Shown: piece after piece, positions 26,079 through 40,030 of the stretch | Layout: the number at the start of each line of letters is the position of its first letter | Numbering within the stretch: the first letter of the stretch is position 1 | Assembly (NCBI RefSeq): GCF_006345805.1 | Contig: NC_043010.1 | Span: forward strand, 32,550,001-32,614,000 | DNA length: 64,000 nucleotides | Source of the DNA: Octopus sinensis | Lineage: Eukaryota | Direction of reading: 5' to 3' | The notes under the pieces: model-generated | What the model was told of the DNA's origin: nothing | Database searches by the model: none | Seen by the model: the letters and a program-made list of their open reading frames with translations, nothing else | Position numbers and translations under genes: made by a program

Positions 26079-27285
26079 CAGTGGTTGGACAAAATATTGG
26101 AAACACCTTAAAATTTCAAACAAATTTATTTTAATATAGAGTAGGACCACCTTTGGCAGTAATTACAACTTGAATTCTATGAGGTATGGACTCATACAAA
26201 GTTTGAATTATTTCCAAAGGAATTTTTGTCCATTCTTCAGCTAAAACTGTCTCCAGTTCTGGTAGTGATGATAGTGGAGGATATCGACTCCTTGTTTTTC
26301 TAAAATGCACCAAAAATGTTCAATAATATTGAGATCTGGGGACTGTGGTGACCAGATAAGCTGTTCAACTTCACTAGAATGTTCCTCATGCCATTCCCCG
26401 CCAGAAACAGTTCCGCAACCATAGGATGAATTTGGTCAGATAAAATGCTTAAATAGTCTTGACTATTAATTCTGCAATGAAGGGAAACTATTGGGCTTGC
26501 GGATTTTCAAGATATAGCCCCCCAGATCATCACAGATCCTCCTCCATGTTAAACAGTTGGAAGAAGGCAGTCTGGGTCAAATGCTTCTTTTGGCTGTTTC
26601 TACATGTATACTCGGCCAGTGGTCGGGAATAATGATGATTCGTCCAAGAAAATAACATTCTTCATTGCTCTAGGGACCAATTCTGTAGGTTTTTACTCCA
26701 CTTTAAATGCTTTGCAATGCTTGTTTTTGAAAGTAGTGGTTTTCTGATTGCAGCCCACCCAAGAAATCTGGCTTTGTGCAGCTCCCGGCAAACAGTTTTT
26801 TGTGGAAACTGGGTTCTCAAGGTGGTCGTTAAGCTCTGTAGTAATTTTGGGACCTGTACTTTTGTGATCCTTTCTAACAATTCGCGTAAGAGTCCAACAG
26901 TCCCTATTGAAATTTTTGGTTTTCTTCCAGAGTTTTGTTCTGATGAGGAGGTTTTTCCCTCTTTCTCAAAGGTTGTCATTATTTTCGAGACAGTACTTCT
27001 TGATACACCAAACATTTCATTTGTTTTCATTATGCTAGTGCCTGTCATACAAGCACCAACAATTTGACCTCTTTGAAAGTCCAATAGATCTGTCATTTTA
27101 ATGAATTTTAATTACTCTTTTCTGATTATATCTGAAAAGAAACAGCAATTTTAGTAAAACATATTAAGCAACACTAATAATAAATCAAAAAACATAAAAA
27201 TAAACAAGCTCTTGATGGTTTCATAGATATTTCAAAATTATGATCCTATGATGCTTGGTGTTTCCATTATTTTGTCCAACCCCTG
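26079..27285 (-). mobile_element. Full-length Tc1-family DNA transposon with pseudogenised transposase
   Basis: 29-bp TIRs cagtggttggacaaaatattggaaacacc / rc caggggttggacaaaataatggaaacacc (2 mismatches), TA on both flanks. Transposase pieces 'MTDLLDFQRGQIVGA...GVSRSTVSKI' (26662..27096) and 'LETVLAEEWTKIP...VITAKGGPTLY' (26131..26313). Confidence 0.93.
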
Positions 27286-27329
27286 TATATGTCAAATGTC
27301 CTATGTGATATATAAAACCAAATGCAGTT

Positions 27330-28560
27330 CATTATTCTACATCATAAGTACCATCAGTCAAGTACATACAAGGTTTAAATACCAAAGTAAAAGAGCTAGC
27401 CACTCTTCTAAATATAGATCATGTGGATCACTCAGCCATGACCCCTCCCTTTTTTCATGCTTAAGGATCACCAACTGAGCTTCCTTTCTAATCCTAGGTG
27501 CAAGCTGATAAACCCTCTAAGAGCAAAATAAGTGTGTTCTTGATACTATCAACTCCAATATTAGAAGGGCTATGAGGTTTGAACCTGGGCTTTCTGCAGC
27601 ATAGTAATCGACTAGTTCTGCACCATTGAGAATGAAGCAGCTTGTAGATTAATCTAGTACAATATCTTAGATTTCCACCCTTCAATATCCTGAAGGCTTT
27701 TGATTTCAGTAGTATCAATAACCTCAATGTCAGAATCATCATGAATGCTAGAAAGTCAATCTTGTTTCATGATGTTTCCTACGGGGTGAAGAAGGAAGGT
27801 GGCCCACAATTCAATGTATCTGTGGTGAGTTACAACAGGGCTGAAATCACTGACCTCATTGAAATATTTATCCTGGATACTTAAGGAAGCATACACACAC
27901 ACACACACATAGCTTGTCTTGTACAGGGATAGTGGTCTAATAAAGGAAGAATGTGAGAAAGCTCTTCAAAGAGTTCAGCTTATCTATTAGTCACTATTAA
28001 TTTAATGAAGGTTGACTTCCTCGACATAGCCTTAGACTTGAAGACAAATATTACCCTTACAGAAAACCCAATGAGGAAACTGTGTATATCCACAGAAACT
28101 CACACCACCACTACCACTACCAGCTGCAATCAGAAACATAGTTATAGGCATAAGTAGAAGAATCTATAAACTAAAAGTTGATAGAGAGATATTCAACAAG
28201 GCTGCCCCCTCCACTCTCACTGTAACAAGGTATCATTAAGGAGTGGATTCACTGAGCAGTTAGTATATATAAAGAGTCAGAAACAGAAAAATAATCTAGT
28301 TTAACCTTCCATTTAACCTACAAGTTTTAACCAACATAACTGGGAGCCTCCTGATGCTAATCAAAACAGAAAACCTTTCCCTAGAACTTATTATACATTT
28401 TTCAACTCTCACAATATTAAGTTCAGTTACTCCTGCTTTGACAATATCACCTCTAATGTTGTATGCTACAAACACACATTTCCATAGCCTCTAATCCACA
28501 ACCCAACCTATAACTTCCAGAATTCTACCAACTACCCTGGTGGGGAGGGGGGATAGAGTC
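27330..28560 (+). mobile_element. Penelope-like element RT relic
   Basis: Decayed motifs at 27810-28200 resembling FDV.MGSYDGAEI..L.G..IL, LYRD.GL, VDFLDI.LDL...Y.PYRKPN...YIH..S.HP. Confidence 0.7.
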
Positions 28561-31500
28561 CTGCCTCTAAGAACTCTGATCTATAAAATGACCTTCATAT
28601 ATATATATATATATATATGCATGTGTATATTTGTGTGTCTGTGTTTGTCTCCTCACCATCACTTAACAACCGATATTGGTGTGTTTACATCCCCCATAAC
28701 TTAGTGGTTCGACAAAAGAAACTGATAGAATAAGTACTAGGCTTACAGAGAATAAGTCATGGGGTTGATTTGTTCGACTAAAGGTGGTGCTCTAGCAATG
28801 GCCGCAGTCAAAGACTGAAACAAGTAAAAAAATACATATGTGACTGAGTATGCTAGTTCTTTCTAAGAAATAAATGGAATATCTTGGAATGTTTAACTAA
28901 TCTTCACTTTACCCCAATCAACTGGAGGATGCAAGTCTACTTTCTTTGCTCTTTCTTAGAAAATCTCTGTAACATCCAGACTTTTACATAAATTTATTGT
29001 AACAAAGCCTAGTGCATTTATGAGGATATGTAGAAATGAGAATTTATATCTAGAATACAAAAACTGTAAGTTCTTTGTCACCTTAGATGGCCTCTTTTGC
29101 AATACTTTTAGACTAGAAATCCACTAAGCAGGAGACTTCTTACAACAGTGCAAGACTTGTGTTTTCCTTCCCATAGGTCTGATGTGTAAGTACTGGATTC
29201 TGTATTTATTTCAGTACTGTTTTAAAGGTTGTAGTTTGTCTTCCATGTGATCCTAGAACAATCTTACCTGCGGATAATGTTATGAATATTTACATTTATG
29301 AATTTGTTTTGCAAGATTCCTGATATGAAATCGTGTGTCAAAACAGATACAATGGACACGCGATAAAATAAGAACAATAATAAACAAATGAAGAACGAAT
29401 ATATAGAGTGTGTGTTTACTTGGCAAGGTAAAAAAAAAATGATCATCCCAAAATATAACAATAATATTATATATAGTTTCGGCAATAATGTCATATGTCA
29501 TGAATTGATGGTACCTTGCAGGCATTTTTTGAGCCACTGATGATGCAGAGGATATCTTCCACACTATTATGGTACAATCATCTTCCACCACAATATGGAT
29601 GTTTGAAGAGATTTTTTATTTATTTTATTGTTCATGAATTTAGTAGCTATCTTCTTGATGTTTCTATATGAGTCTAATCTTTCTATCAATATTATTGATA
29701 TTCTCTAGATTGCAGAATATATGTTCCGCACTTAACCTTCTTGAATGTTTTTCCCAATTAGTTTAGATATCCTTGGTCCCCATGAAACGGCTACATGCAC
29801 AAAGTATCTAGTCAGGAGTTACTACAAAAATGGTATTATTTTCATTGTTGAGAACATGTGGTGTACTCATTTCTCTACTGTTTAGCAGATGTCATTTGAG
29901 AAATACACTGCAACACTCAAAGGCTGATTCCATTCTCTCTATCTAATATTGATTTGGTTGATGCTGCTAATACAGAAGCTACCAATAGTGATCAATATCC
30001 ACCTTGTTTGATACCGAAGTTCCAGATCTCATCAAGTCTCCAGCTTCGAATCCCAACTAGAAATAGTCATCAACATTCAGTGAAGTTTGTGATGTCTGAT
30101 GTTGCTATCATTATTTTTATGTGTTTTACCAAAGATCCTAACATGCTAACAAATACCACTCCAAGTAGATAGATATCGTCTACCTAAATATACTATTGTA
30201 CATCAAAATCATCTGAAGAATAATTGTTTGAATCGGTAATGACATACAATAAAATGTCTCAACTATTCCACAACCATTTTCCTGAAGAAAAACACAGCAG
30301 CATGTACATTTTAATTAATTGTGAAAATGATAAAAAATTTGGAAGAATTTTGTAAAATAACTACCATTTTTTCATTATTTATCTGCTGTTTGGAAATTAA
30401 AAGGATTCTTGCATAAAATTCTAATGGGAGACTTTTAATTTAAATAAAAATACTTTAAAATGACAGGCCTTTCTACATGTATCGTGGAACCAGAAGTAGT
30501 CTCAGATGGCTTGTTTTTAAAATGATTAATACTGCCACTAAGTAAGTATATACGATAATAATAATACACTTGTGATATAACATTTTCACTGTTTGCAGAT
30601 TAACTTATATTAATCCCATATCTTACTGCACAGCAAATTAAATATCTTCCAAAGTTAATTAATTAATTAGATAAATATCCTTTGTGATCATTTCTCAGTA
30701 AGATCTCTTTATCACAGCTTGTCTTCTGCAGTAAAGACTTTGAACACTTCTTTGTCAGTTGAACATTTTTCCTATTGAACTTTCCAAGGAATTTCTGAAT
30801 ACAGAAGGAATCTCCATCACACGTGACACTCCTCTCATTCTTCACAGATATGATGTCCCATGCTGCCTGTTTTCTGAAATCTTTTCATATTTCTCACCAT
30901 TCTTATCTTTGTTTCAATAGAATGTCAGAATTTAAGTCAAAGCTCTTTCTTTTATATATTGTTTGGTCAAGTAGAGTATCTTATTGACTTGTCTTATGGC
31001 CATTCTATTCCATTCTTCAGTTGTTGCCACAATTCTTTCCAGAAAGTCAGTGAGACTGTCTGTAGATTATTACAGAATCAAACTTGAGTGCTTTCTTCAA
31101 AAGTAACAGACAACTTAGCACCCCACCACCTCTCTCTCTTTCTCTTTCTCTCTTTCTCTTTCTCTCTCTCTCTCTTTCTCTTTCTCTCTCTCTTTCTATA
31201 TATGTACATACATATGTATATACATATGCATGTGTATAAATATGTGTATAAATTTGTGTGTATTTATGTATGTGTGTATATGTATATACATATGTGTATG
31301 TGTATACATGTGTGTGTATGCACATGCATATATGTATATGTATATATATTCACACACATACATATAATACATTGGTGTAAATATATATGTATATTTCTTT
31401 TTATTTACACACATATGTGTATGTGCATATTTTGAATTTTCAAGACTTGCACATAAATTAGTATTGTTTGTTTTTGTACTGTATCTATCATTTCTACTTT

Positions 31501-32542
31501 CTCAAGTACATTACGAGATTTTGTCCTGCTCTTTTCTTAGTTCCCCCAAGGGTTGTCATATTGATTCTGGTAACAGAGTGTCTGCTGGATGTTGGTGCGA
31601 TGTTGGATCTATACCGTATTTAAACAACATTAAAGGCGACACCATTGCATCAAGAACAAAACTTAAAATACTGCAAGAAAATCCTTACAAAAGCTATTCT
31701 CTTTAATGTCAATATGGCTATTCAGTCATGAGAACAAGATGAAATATGTATCTGGGGGGAAAAATGAGGAAATAAACTGTATATGCAGACACACATATAC
31801 ATAAATAAAGGGTGAGAGAGAAAGGAATTGAATGAGAGGGAAGAAATATGCAGAATTTTTAAACAGGAAAATAACATGTAGGAAAACAATCTCTCTCTCT
31901 TTTTCTCCCTCTCTAGTTTACACACACATTAAAACCATTAGATGGAAATGCTTTGAGGACTTTAAAATAAAAATATTGGGTAAAGTGTTTACATTTTTAT
32001 CAAAAGATGCAATTATATAGTTAAAACAATATATTCATGTAAATAAAAAGGGATAAATGAACTGAATTAAATTAATCTTTCATGTTAGCTGTTTTGAAAG
32101 TCAATATATTCTCCGTACTAAACTATATGCCATGTGCTGCATATCAAATCAGGAAAAAATTGGGAGACATCATCTGTAACCACAAAATATTATTTTCAAA
32201 CAGATTCCCAAACTACATGATGCATGAGGAAAACAGAGAAGGGATAACATATTTAATCAAAAGCCATGTGGGGTTCCAACATTAAAAAAAAATTAGCCAA
32301 ACAAAATTCACTTTTTTGGAGATTCCTTCAGAATAATAACAAAGTAGACATACATACAGGCATGCATACATACATACATACATACATACATACATACATA
32401 CATACATACATACATACATACATACATACATACATACATACATACATAATAATAACCCAAGAGAATAGAGTGAGCAAATCTTTTTATTTCATTGGATGAG
32501 CTTAATAGGGTGAATACCAGGGTTGACAATCCATTGAAATTA

Positions 32543-32593
<51 letters not shown>

Positions 32594-33089
32594 CATCTTT
32601 TCTATCATCATGAGGAATATTTGTATAAATATTCACTGCATAAAAAAATGCAGATCTTGTCAAACTGTCCAACCCATGCCAGCATGGAACAAGGACATTA
32701 AATGAGTATAAGGATGATGAAGTTAATGATTACAGAATTTTGTAGAAAACTGTTACCTGCAAAAGCACTACACAATAAGAACACTTATGATGAACCAATT
32801 GTATGAAATAATTCATTGTTATTTATTTATATTTCACCCAAATATAAAAACAAAATCCTTGATGATTTCTGTGACTCCACACAAACACATATATAAATGA
32901 AAAAAAAATGATAATGAATTAACAATTATACGAAGTAAGTGCAATCATCATGATTAGATACAGAATATCACAAACATCTTGTGTTACCTGTGTTAAAAGA
33001 TAACATACAATGGAAAAGTTCAAAATTACAACCAATAGAAAATAATGAGCTTTTATCTAAAAGGATAAACTGACAAAGAATAATAATCT

Positions 33090-33680
33090 ATTACTGACAT
33101 CAAATGTAAATCCAACCTTTTGTATAGTATACAAAAGCCAAAAAAATAAGTGAAGCATGCAAAGAAACCACAAGCATCAATGTTTTCACACCAAATGATC
33201 TGAAATCAAGAACAGTAATTGCTGGTTCAATGTATGAAATACACCATCTGAGTAACTTTTTAGACAATCTAGTCAAACTATTCCTCAAACACATAAGTTT
33301 ATATGAGGTGGCTTAGATTATGCTAAATCACCTTCTGGAAACAGTTAATGTAAAAATTCTGTATTTTTTTATGCAGTGAATCTTTATACAAATATTCCTC
33401 ATGATGATAGAAAAGGTGTTAATTATTGCATTACTAAAATTCATTCTGCAGAACAACTATTTTATATTTAATGATAACTATTATTTACAAAAATCTGAGA
33501 TCACAATAGGGTATAATGTACCAAAATCACTACGAAACTATTGGAACACATTCTGCCAATATATACAAAAAAACTGGAAAAGATAATTTGATTATTGCTT
33601 CATTTTATGGAATGAAAGCATAGAGAAATGAAAAGAATTTAAAATACTACTAGATCAAATTAAATGTATTGAATGAAATT
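33090..33680 (+). mobile_element. Penelope-like element RT relic (different subfamily)
   Basis: Remnants of IAG..CE.H.LS.FLD, V.NLYTNIPH and 'LKFILQNNYFIFNDNYYLQK' (ORF 33401..33586). Confidence 0.65.
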
Positions 33681-34614
33681 AAAATTTCAAGATAGAAGTT
33701 TTGAAAGTCCACAGGGTGTTCTGGAAAAATTCACATATTCACAGTTTAGGGATTGTTGGTCTCCTAATTGTTGCTGGGTGATAACAGTAGCAGTAACAGT
33801 TTTAGCAGTGGTGGTTTCTTGTGCCTTACCAACAATATTATTATGAAGTGGTGAGAGAGGTCGTATGGTGATGATAGTGGTGGTGGCAATAGTAATGGTA
33901 GTGGTCGTAGTAATAGTGGAGGTACCAGTCTCACTAGTAGAAGCAAAGTTGTAGTGATAGTAAAGGAAGTGGTAAACCAAAGATGTCGGGTAAGTGGTTT
34001 GTTCTACTTCATTTTCAAAAATGGGACTAGTCATTGTAGCAACTGTAGTGATAGCAAAAGCAGTAGTAGCTGTAGTGGTAGTAATAGTTTTAGTAGTAAT
34101 TATTTAGTAGTAATAATCTTTTCTCTCCTCAGTGATTAAGAAGTGATCAGTATTTGTAGGAAAAACATCAGAACTTTCGAAATTTCTATCATAGAAAATT
34201 AATTTAATTCATTTCAGATTTACCTTTTTCTTTTCTTTTTAAATCATCTTAAACAATTGAAACCTGTTGCATATTTTAATAAAAATGTAAATATTTTCCT
34301 CCTTTTATTCATATGAAGTTTTCATACCATTATTCATGTGAAACCTCTTGTTTTGAATATATATGTACATATGTTTCTATGTATGTATGTATGTATGTAT
34401 GTATGTATGTATGTATGTATGTATGTATGCATGCATGCATGCATGTATATAGGTGCAGGAGTGGCTGTGTGGTAAGTTGCTTGCTTACCAACCACATGGT
34501 TCTGCATTCAGTCTCACTGCATGACATCTTAGGCAAGTGTCTTTTACTATAGCCTCAGGCCAACCAAAGTCTTGTGAGTGGATTCGATAGACAGAAACTG
34601 AAAGAAGCCCATCG

Positions 34615-34681
<67 letters not shown>

Positions 34682-34891
34682 GTGTGTGTGTGTGTGTGTG
34701 TTTGTGTATAGTAGTAGATGTTAAAATGTTAGCTGGTCATTGTGTGTTGGTGTCCCTCTTCATCCATTGGTTTTGTCTTATCACAGTGCCTACTCAGCTG
34801 CTGTTCTACTGCTGTCTTCTGTGTCTGGTTTGATGTCTCCTATCTGCCATCTGTTGTCTGTGGCTAAAGTGCACTGAATATATAGTAAAGG

Positions 34892-35290
34892 TTTAGTTAG
34901 TTAGTTAGTTAGTTAATTTGGCTCAAAAGCAAATAGCAAGGCCATGTAGGGGGACATGGAGTTAAGTACAGGGTGGTGTTCATGTAAAGAGTTCAGGCCA
35001 CTTGAGGTCAAGGGAGGCTTTTAACAAAGCGGTCGTCGGCATCTTCACCATCTCGTCTGGCAGCTTGTTCCACGGATCCGCAACCCGGACGGAGAAAGCT
35101 CCTCTCCTTCAATTGAGATGAAATCGTCGCAGGTAGAGCTTTTCGGAATGACCCCGCAGCCGACGCACTGGAGCAGGAGTGAAGAACAGCTCTTTCAAGA
35201 GGTTACACTTTCCGCTTATGATGCTGTGGGTGAGAATGAGATCACCACGGCGGTGACGTTTTTCTAGAGAATAAAGGTTTGGCTCAGAAA
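34892..35290 (-). mobile_element. 5'-truncated CR1-like LINE 3' end with (AACT)n tail
   Basis: 'NLYSLEKRHRRGDLI...RRLRGHSEKLYLRRFHLN.RRGAFSVRVADPWNKLP'. Tail reads (ttag)n on plus at 34893-34915. CpG-rich. Confidence 0.85.
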
Positions 35291-36569
35291 GAAGTGTGCC
35301 AAAGATGAAATTGTTGTTGGAACCAATTCCATATGAAGTCCTGGTCAGATTATTTTGATGATATAGGTCATATTCTAGCAAATTTGGTATTTTGGTATAT
35401 TTTAAATATATAGTGTGTATGTTCACATACAGTGTTTGTGTGGGTACTTGTGTGGCCACATTTCCTGTTTGCTAATTTTTCCTAAATTTTCATTTTGTTG
35501 GTTTCCATTTTAATATATTTTTAAAATTTAAGCATTGACTATAGACATGCAAGTACATTCATATGTATACAGTCACACATGCACACACATGCACACACAC
35601 ACACGCACACACACACACACACATGTGCATGCACACACATGTGCATGCACACACATAGAAGAGCAAAAAAATCTATGATCTTGTCATAATTTTAATTTTT
35701 TTTTCAATTATTTCTACTTGCTATTTAGATTTGAAGTTTATTCTCGTAATAAACCATGAAGTACATGTTTATGAGATTTACAATTCAATTGGAATAACAT
35801 TGGAAGAAGACATTGACAAATATTTTACAAGAAAAGCACACAAAATAATACAAAAATAGAAATGAAGTTTGTATCTGGGGAAAATGTTTTGTACAAATTT
35901 TGTATGGCTGAGCTGTAGATAATATTATTAAAGTATCATATCTACTGGGTAACCTTCATCTACCCCCATTTTATAGTGGTGTGTTGGTTAGGATGTTGAG
36001 ATCATTAGTTCAATTTATAACTTGATCAGTGTGTTGTTTTTATGCAAGACACTTCATTGCCCATTGCTCTAGTCTGCTCTACTGAAATGGGACTCATCCT
36101 CATGTTGGTACATTCTCCTCTCCCTCCAGCTGCAACACCTAAAGTTTCTACTGGATAAAGAGCTGGGAGGGTAAAAAGATGTCAATGTCTGTTGGGACTT
36201 CATAGACACCAAAAATGCTTTTGTTAATTGTTTTATGTTATACTTAACTTATGTGAGACAGCAACGGCTTTTATGGATATGACAGCTACCAGGTAGCCAC
36301 CATTCACCCCATGCAACTGCTGATACTTGAATCAACAATGAAGTCTCTGAGGTCACAAACCTGTTAGAAAAGGCAGCCAAATCACCCTTAAATCATACAC
36401 CATGATCTATAGAAATAATGAACACATTAAATAATGTAGTCCCAGAAATACAATGCAACACTGACAATTAGTGAGGGAGTCTCTTTGTGGCCATGTAACC
36501 TACTTGACATGACTGCCAAATTTCCCTCAAATCACAACCTTCTGTCTTATAAATCAAAGACACATTAGA

Positions 36570-37201
36570 TAATATTTATCCCCACAAACATGGTTGTTCT
36601 ATTAGAACGAAGCATACTGCAGTAGTTACCATGAGAGACGTTCTCATGTTGGCTTTTGGTGCAAAATGCACTTTTGTTTATATTGCTAATGGGGAGACAA
36701 ATCCCCACTACCTCCAGCACCGAGACCACCAGATCCTGTGATTCCAACTGTGTTTGGTCTTGTCAATGATGGACATTCAACCTGTCTGACAGCCAATTTA
36801 TCTATATATATCACCTCCAGGAAGATTGCTTGCTGCTGCCTCTAGTGATATAAACAAGAGTGCATTTATATAAATTTTACCTCTTGATATTAATACTGCC
36901 TCTGTCTCTAATATATATATTTTTTTTAACAAGCTAACTGGCTAATCATGACACCAGCACCAGTTCTAGCACTGCTACCTCTAGTGATTGAGTGTCTGTC
37001 ATTGACAAGACCAAACAAGGTTGAAACCACATGAACAGGTGGTCTCAGTGCTGGAGGTAGTAGGGGTTTATCTTCCCATTAGTGAAATATACAAGAGTGC
37101 ATTTTGCACCAAAAAGCCAATATGAGAATTTCTCTTATGGTATCTACTGCAGTATAGTTTGTTCTAACAGAACATCCACATTTAAGTGGGGATAAATATT
37201 A
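36570..37201. repeat. Long foldback element / MITE (about 210-bp arms, about 207-nt spacer)
   Basis: 36571-36780 (aatatttatccccac...gtcaatgatggacattcaa) is the reverse complement of 36988-37200 at roughly 80% identity. Possible TA target duplication. Confidence 0.88.
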
Positions 37202-37837
37202 CTTCTCAGTATTGATATTGTCCCTGTCACTCATATATTTTTTGATATTAGATAATGTTCTTCTTGATAACTTTGAAATGGCCATGATTGGAATGCCTTT
37301 GGTCATTGATCCACTGGATCAAGACTGACCAGGAGCTACACCACAAGGTGGGAACCTCTACATAGTCACTTCAGTTACAAGAAATAGCAGCTTAATCTCC
37401 TTCAAATCATAACTCACTGTCTTTAAAACAGGAAGGAACATTGGATAATGTAGTTTTAGATTTTCTTTGGATAGTCAAAAGTCTGGAATGCTTTTACCAT
37501 CCAATCAATCATAGGACTTCTGTTGATAGAACTGTGAGTGACAGAATTAATCTCCCATTGACAGGTTTAACTCCACCACCTGGTCCAGTAGGAGTCTTTA
37601 GTGGTGTTCACTCTATTGTTGCAAATAGTAAGCCTAAATCTCCTGTCGGAAGAAAGTAAGATCTTGTTTCTTATCCTATAGTCTCAGAATCATTGTAAAT
37701 GAGTCATCTTCTGAATAAACCATAAAAATATTTTTTTAATCATTATTACTCCTACTACTATTGCTGTTGCTCTCCTACTACTACTACTGCTGCTACTGCT
37801 GCTGCTGCCACCACAGCTACAAATAATAATAATGATG

Positions 37838-37889
<52 letters not shown>

Positions 37890-38350
37890 TAATTTTTATA
37901 CTAGGACAAAACATGTACATGATAATACTTCCAGACAGTTAAGATCAGAAGCCATGAGAGCCAGTGCCTGGACAAGCAAATCAATGGTATTGAGCAGAAT
38001 ATTTGCTGTAGTCACAAGCAGAAGTATTGGGGGAGTATCATAGTTATGTGTTGTGAAGAATTCTTTGGTATTTGAATAATTCACTTCTGGAAACATGGGT
38101 AACCCTTATTCAGGGACCTTTTGAGTGGGATGGGCTACTTGATCCAAAGAAAATTGTAACTGGGATCCACCTTCAAAGTCATGCACTGTTTATCTTGATA
38201 TGAGATCACCATGTCACGCACATATGGTTGTGATGCATGTACCTGGTGTACCCTTATCAGACAGGTAGTCATAATAGGTATGCTGGGTTTCATTTATTTT
38301 ACCCCAGTGTCACTTTGATGGCATACACTGTTCTCTCACTCAATAATAAT
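37890..38350 (+). mobile_element. Unclassified retroposon 3' end embedded between (AAT)n tracts
   Basis: Ends ttaccccagtgtcactttgatggcatacactgttctctcactc(aat)n. The same terminus occurs at 61586-61635. Confidence 0.55.
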
Positions 38351-39689
38351 AATGATAATGGTTTCAAATTTTGGCATAAGGCCAGCAGTTTTGGGGAAGG
38401 GGTTAAACTGATTAATTTATCGACCCTGAAAGGATGAAAGGCAAAGTTGACCATATCAGAATTTGAACTCAGAACATCATAACAGGTGAAATCCTGCTAA
38501 GCATTTCATCCAGCATGCTAACGATTCTGCCAAGCTCACTGCCTTATTGATAATGATAATAATAATAATGATAATGGACTCTCCCATCAAAGACAATGTA
38601 TGAGCAATAATGATCAAATGCTTGCATTGCACATTAATTCATTCTTTCCATCAAATAAGCATTGTCTGAACAGGTACATTGTGTATCACATGTCAGGTGT
38701 CAAAGTGATCGCAGAGTAGTGTGAGATAAAGTATTTTGCTCAAGAACAAAATGCTCCACCCAGTCTAGAATTTGAAATCACAATCTCACAATTGTGAGTG
38801 CAACATCCCAACCACTAATAATAATAATTTTATTTCAAATTTTGACACAGTGCCAACAATTTCAGGGGATGGAGTAAGTTGATTACATCGACCCCAGTGT
38901 TCAACTGGTATTTATTCTATCAACCCCAAATTTAAACTCAGAATGTAAAGATGAACGAAATTCTACTAACCATTTTGCCCAGCATGCTACTGAGTTTGCC
39001 AGCTTTCCCCTTTATTACTACAACTAATACTGCTAAGCATTTTGTCAGCTCACCATCTTCATAGCAGTAATAATAATAATCCTTTTTACAACTGGCAAAA
39101 GATCTGAAATTTTGCAGGAAGTGGCTAGTCAATTACATCAACACCAATATTTGACTGGTACTTAATTTATCAGCCCAGAAAGGATGAAAGGCAAAGTCAG
39201 CATTGGCAGAATTTGAACTTGGATCATACAGATGGGCAAAATGCCACTCAGCTCTGATCATCTTTTCTTTTTTTATATCAAAGACTACATTGTCTAATGA
39301 CTGTATCTTTATTTAAACACGGTATAATTGAAAGGAACTTTTGACTGCTATTTCAAGCAGTTATAATGACCACATAGAACTGCCTGTACCCCACCTCCCA
39401 CAATTCGTTCAATTACTGTTACTTTACTGTCAAATGTGGCTCTGTCTGTAATCCTACAAAATGGAAACAGAACTGCTAAAAGAGACAGTATGGTTGCAAT
39501 ATTTCGAGAGAACATTATTTCTGCTTGCATATTAATGTTCATTGGTCTACATCTAGCATTAATATCCTCCAGTGTCACTTGTTCATGACAAATTCTCCTC
39601 AGACATGTAATATCAACCATTCATTACACTTACATGTTGCTGTTGTTATTGTAGTTTGTTACACCTCCATCAAGTTTCCAATTTCTTCA

Positions 39690-40030
39690 ATGCATAGCTA
39701 ACTGATTGATTCTTCAACACACTTTTCAATTCACAGCCTACCAACTAGATTTAGAACATGCTGGAAATCTCTAGTGATTTCACTATCTAACAATATCACA
39801 ACTCTTCTATCACATACACTTTGTTGTTGTTATTGTTCTTGAATTGCTTTATTATCACAGACTGAAACAACTTGACAACAACATCTGGGAATTGAAGACA
39901 GCAGATAAATATTGATAACTATAGATTTATTGATAAATCTAGAATTACATTGATAACTACCACCATAGTAACTATCAGCATCACACCTCTTACACATAGA
40001 CTTTTGATACTTTACACTTTGCACAAACAT
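39690..40030 (+). mobile_element. Possible Penelope-like GIY-YIG C-terminal relic
   Basis: 'NNIWELKT..KY' at about 39880-39912 resembles the IWELK motif of PLE C-termini. Very degraded. Confidence 0.35.

Noticed and set aside
29480-31060. Possible decayed LINE endonuclease and mariner-like remnants on the minus strand
   Set aside because: I could not read convincing catalytic motifs by eye; a profile search is needed, so these are not reported as features.
32515-32547. Possible solitary Tc1-like TIR (cagggttgacaatccattgaaattacc)
   Set aside because: Weak similarity, and no partner end or transposase nearby.
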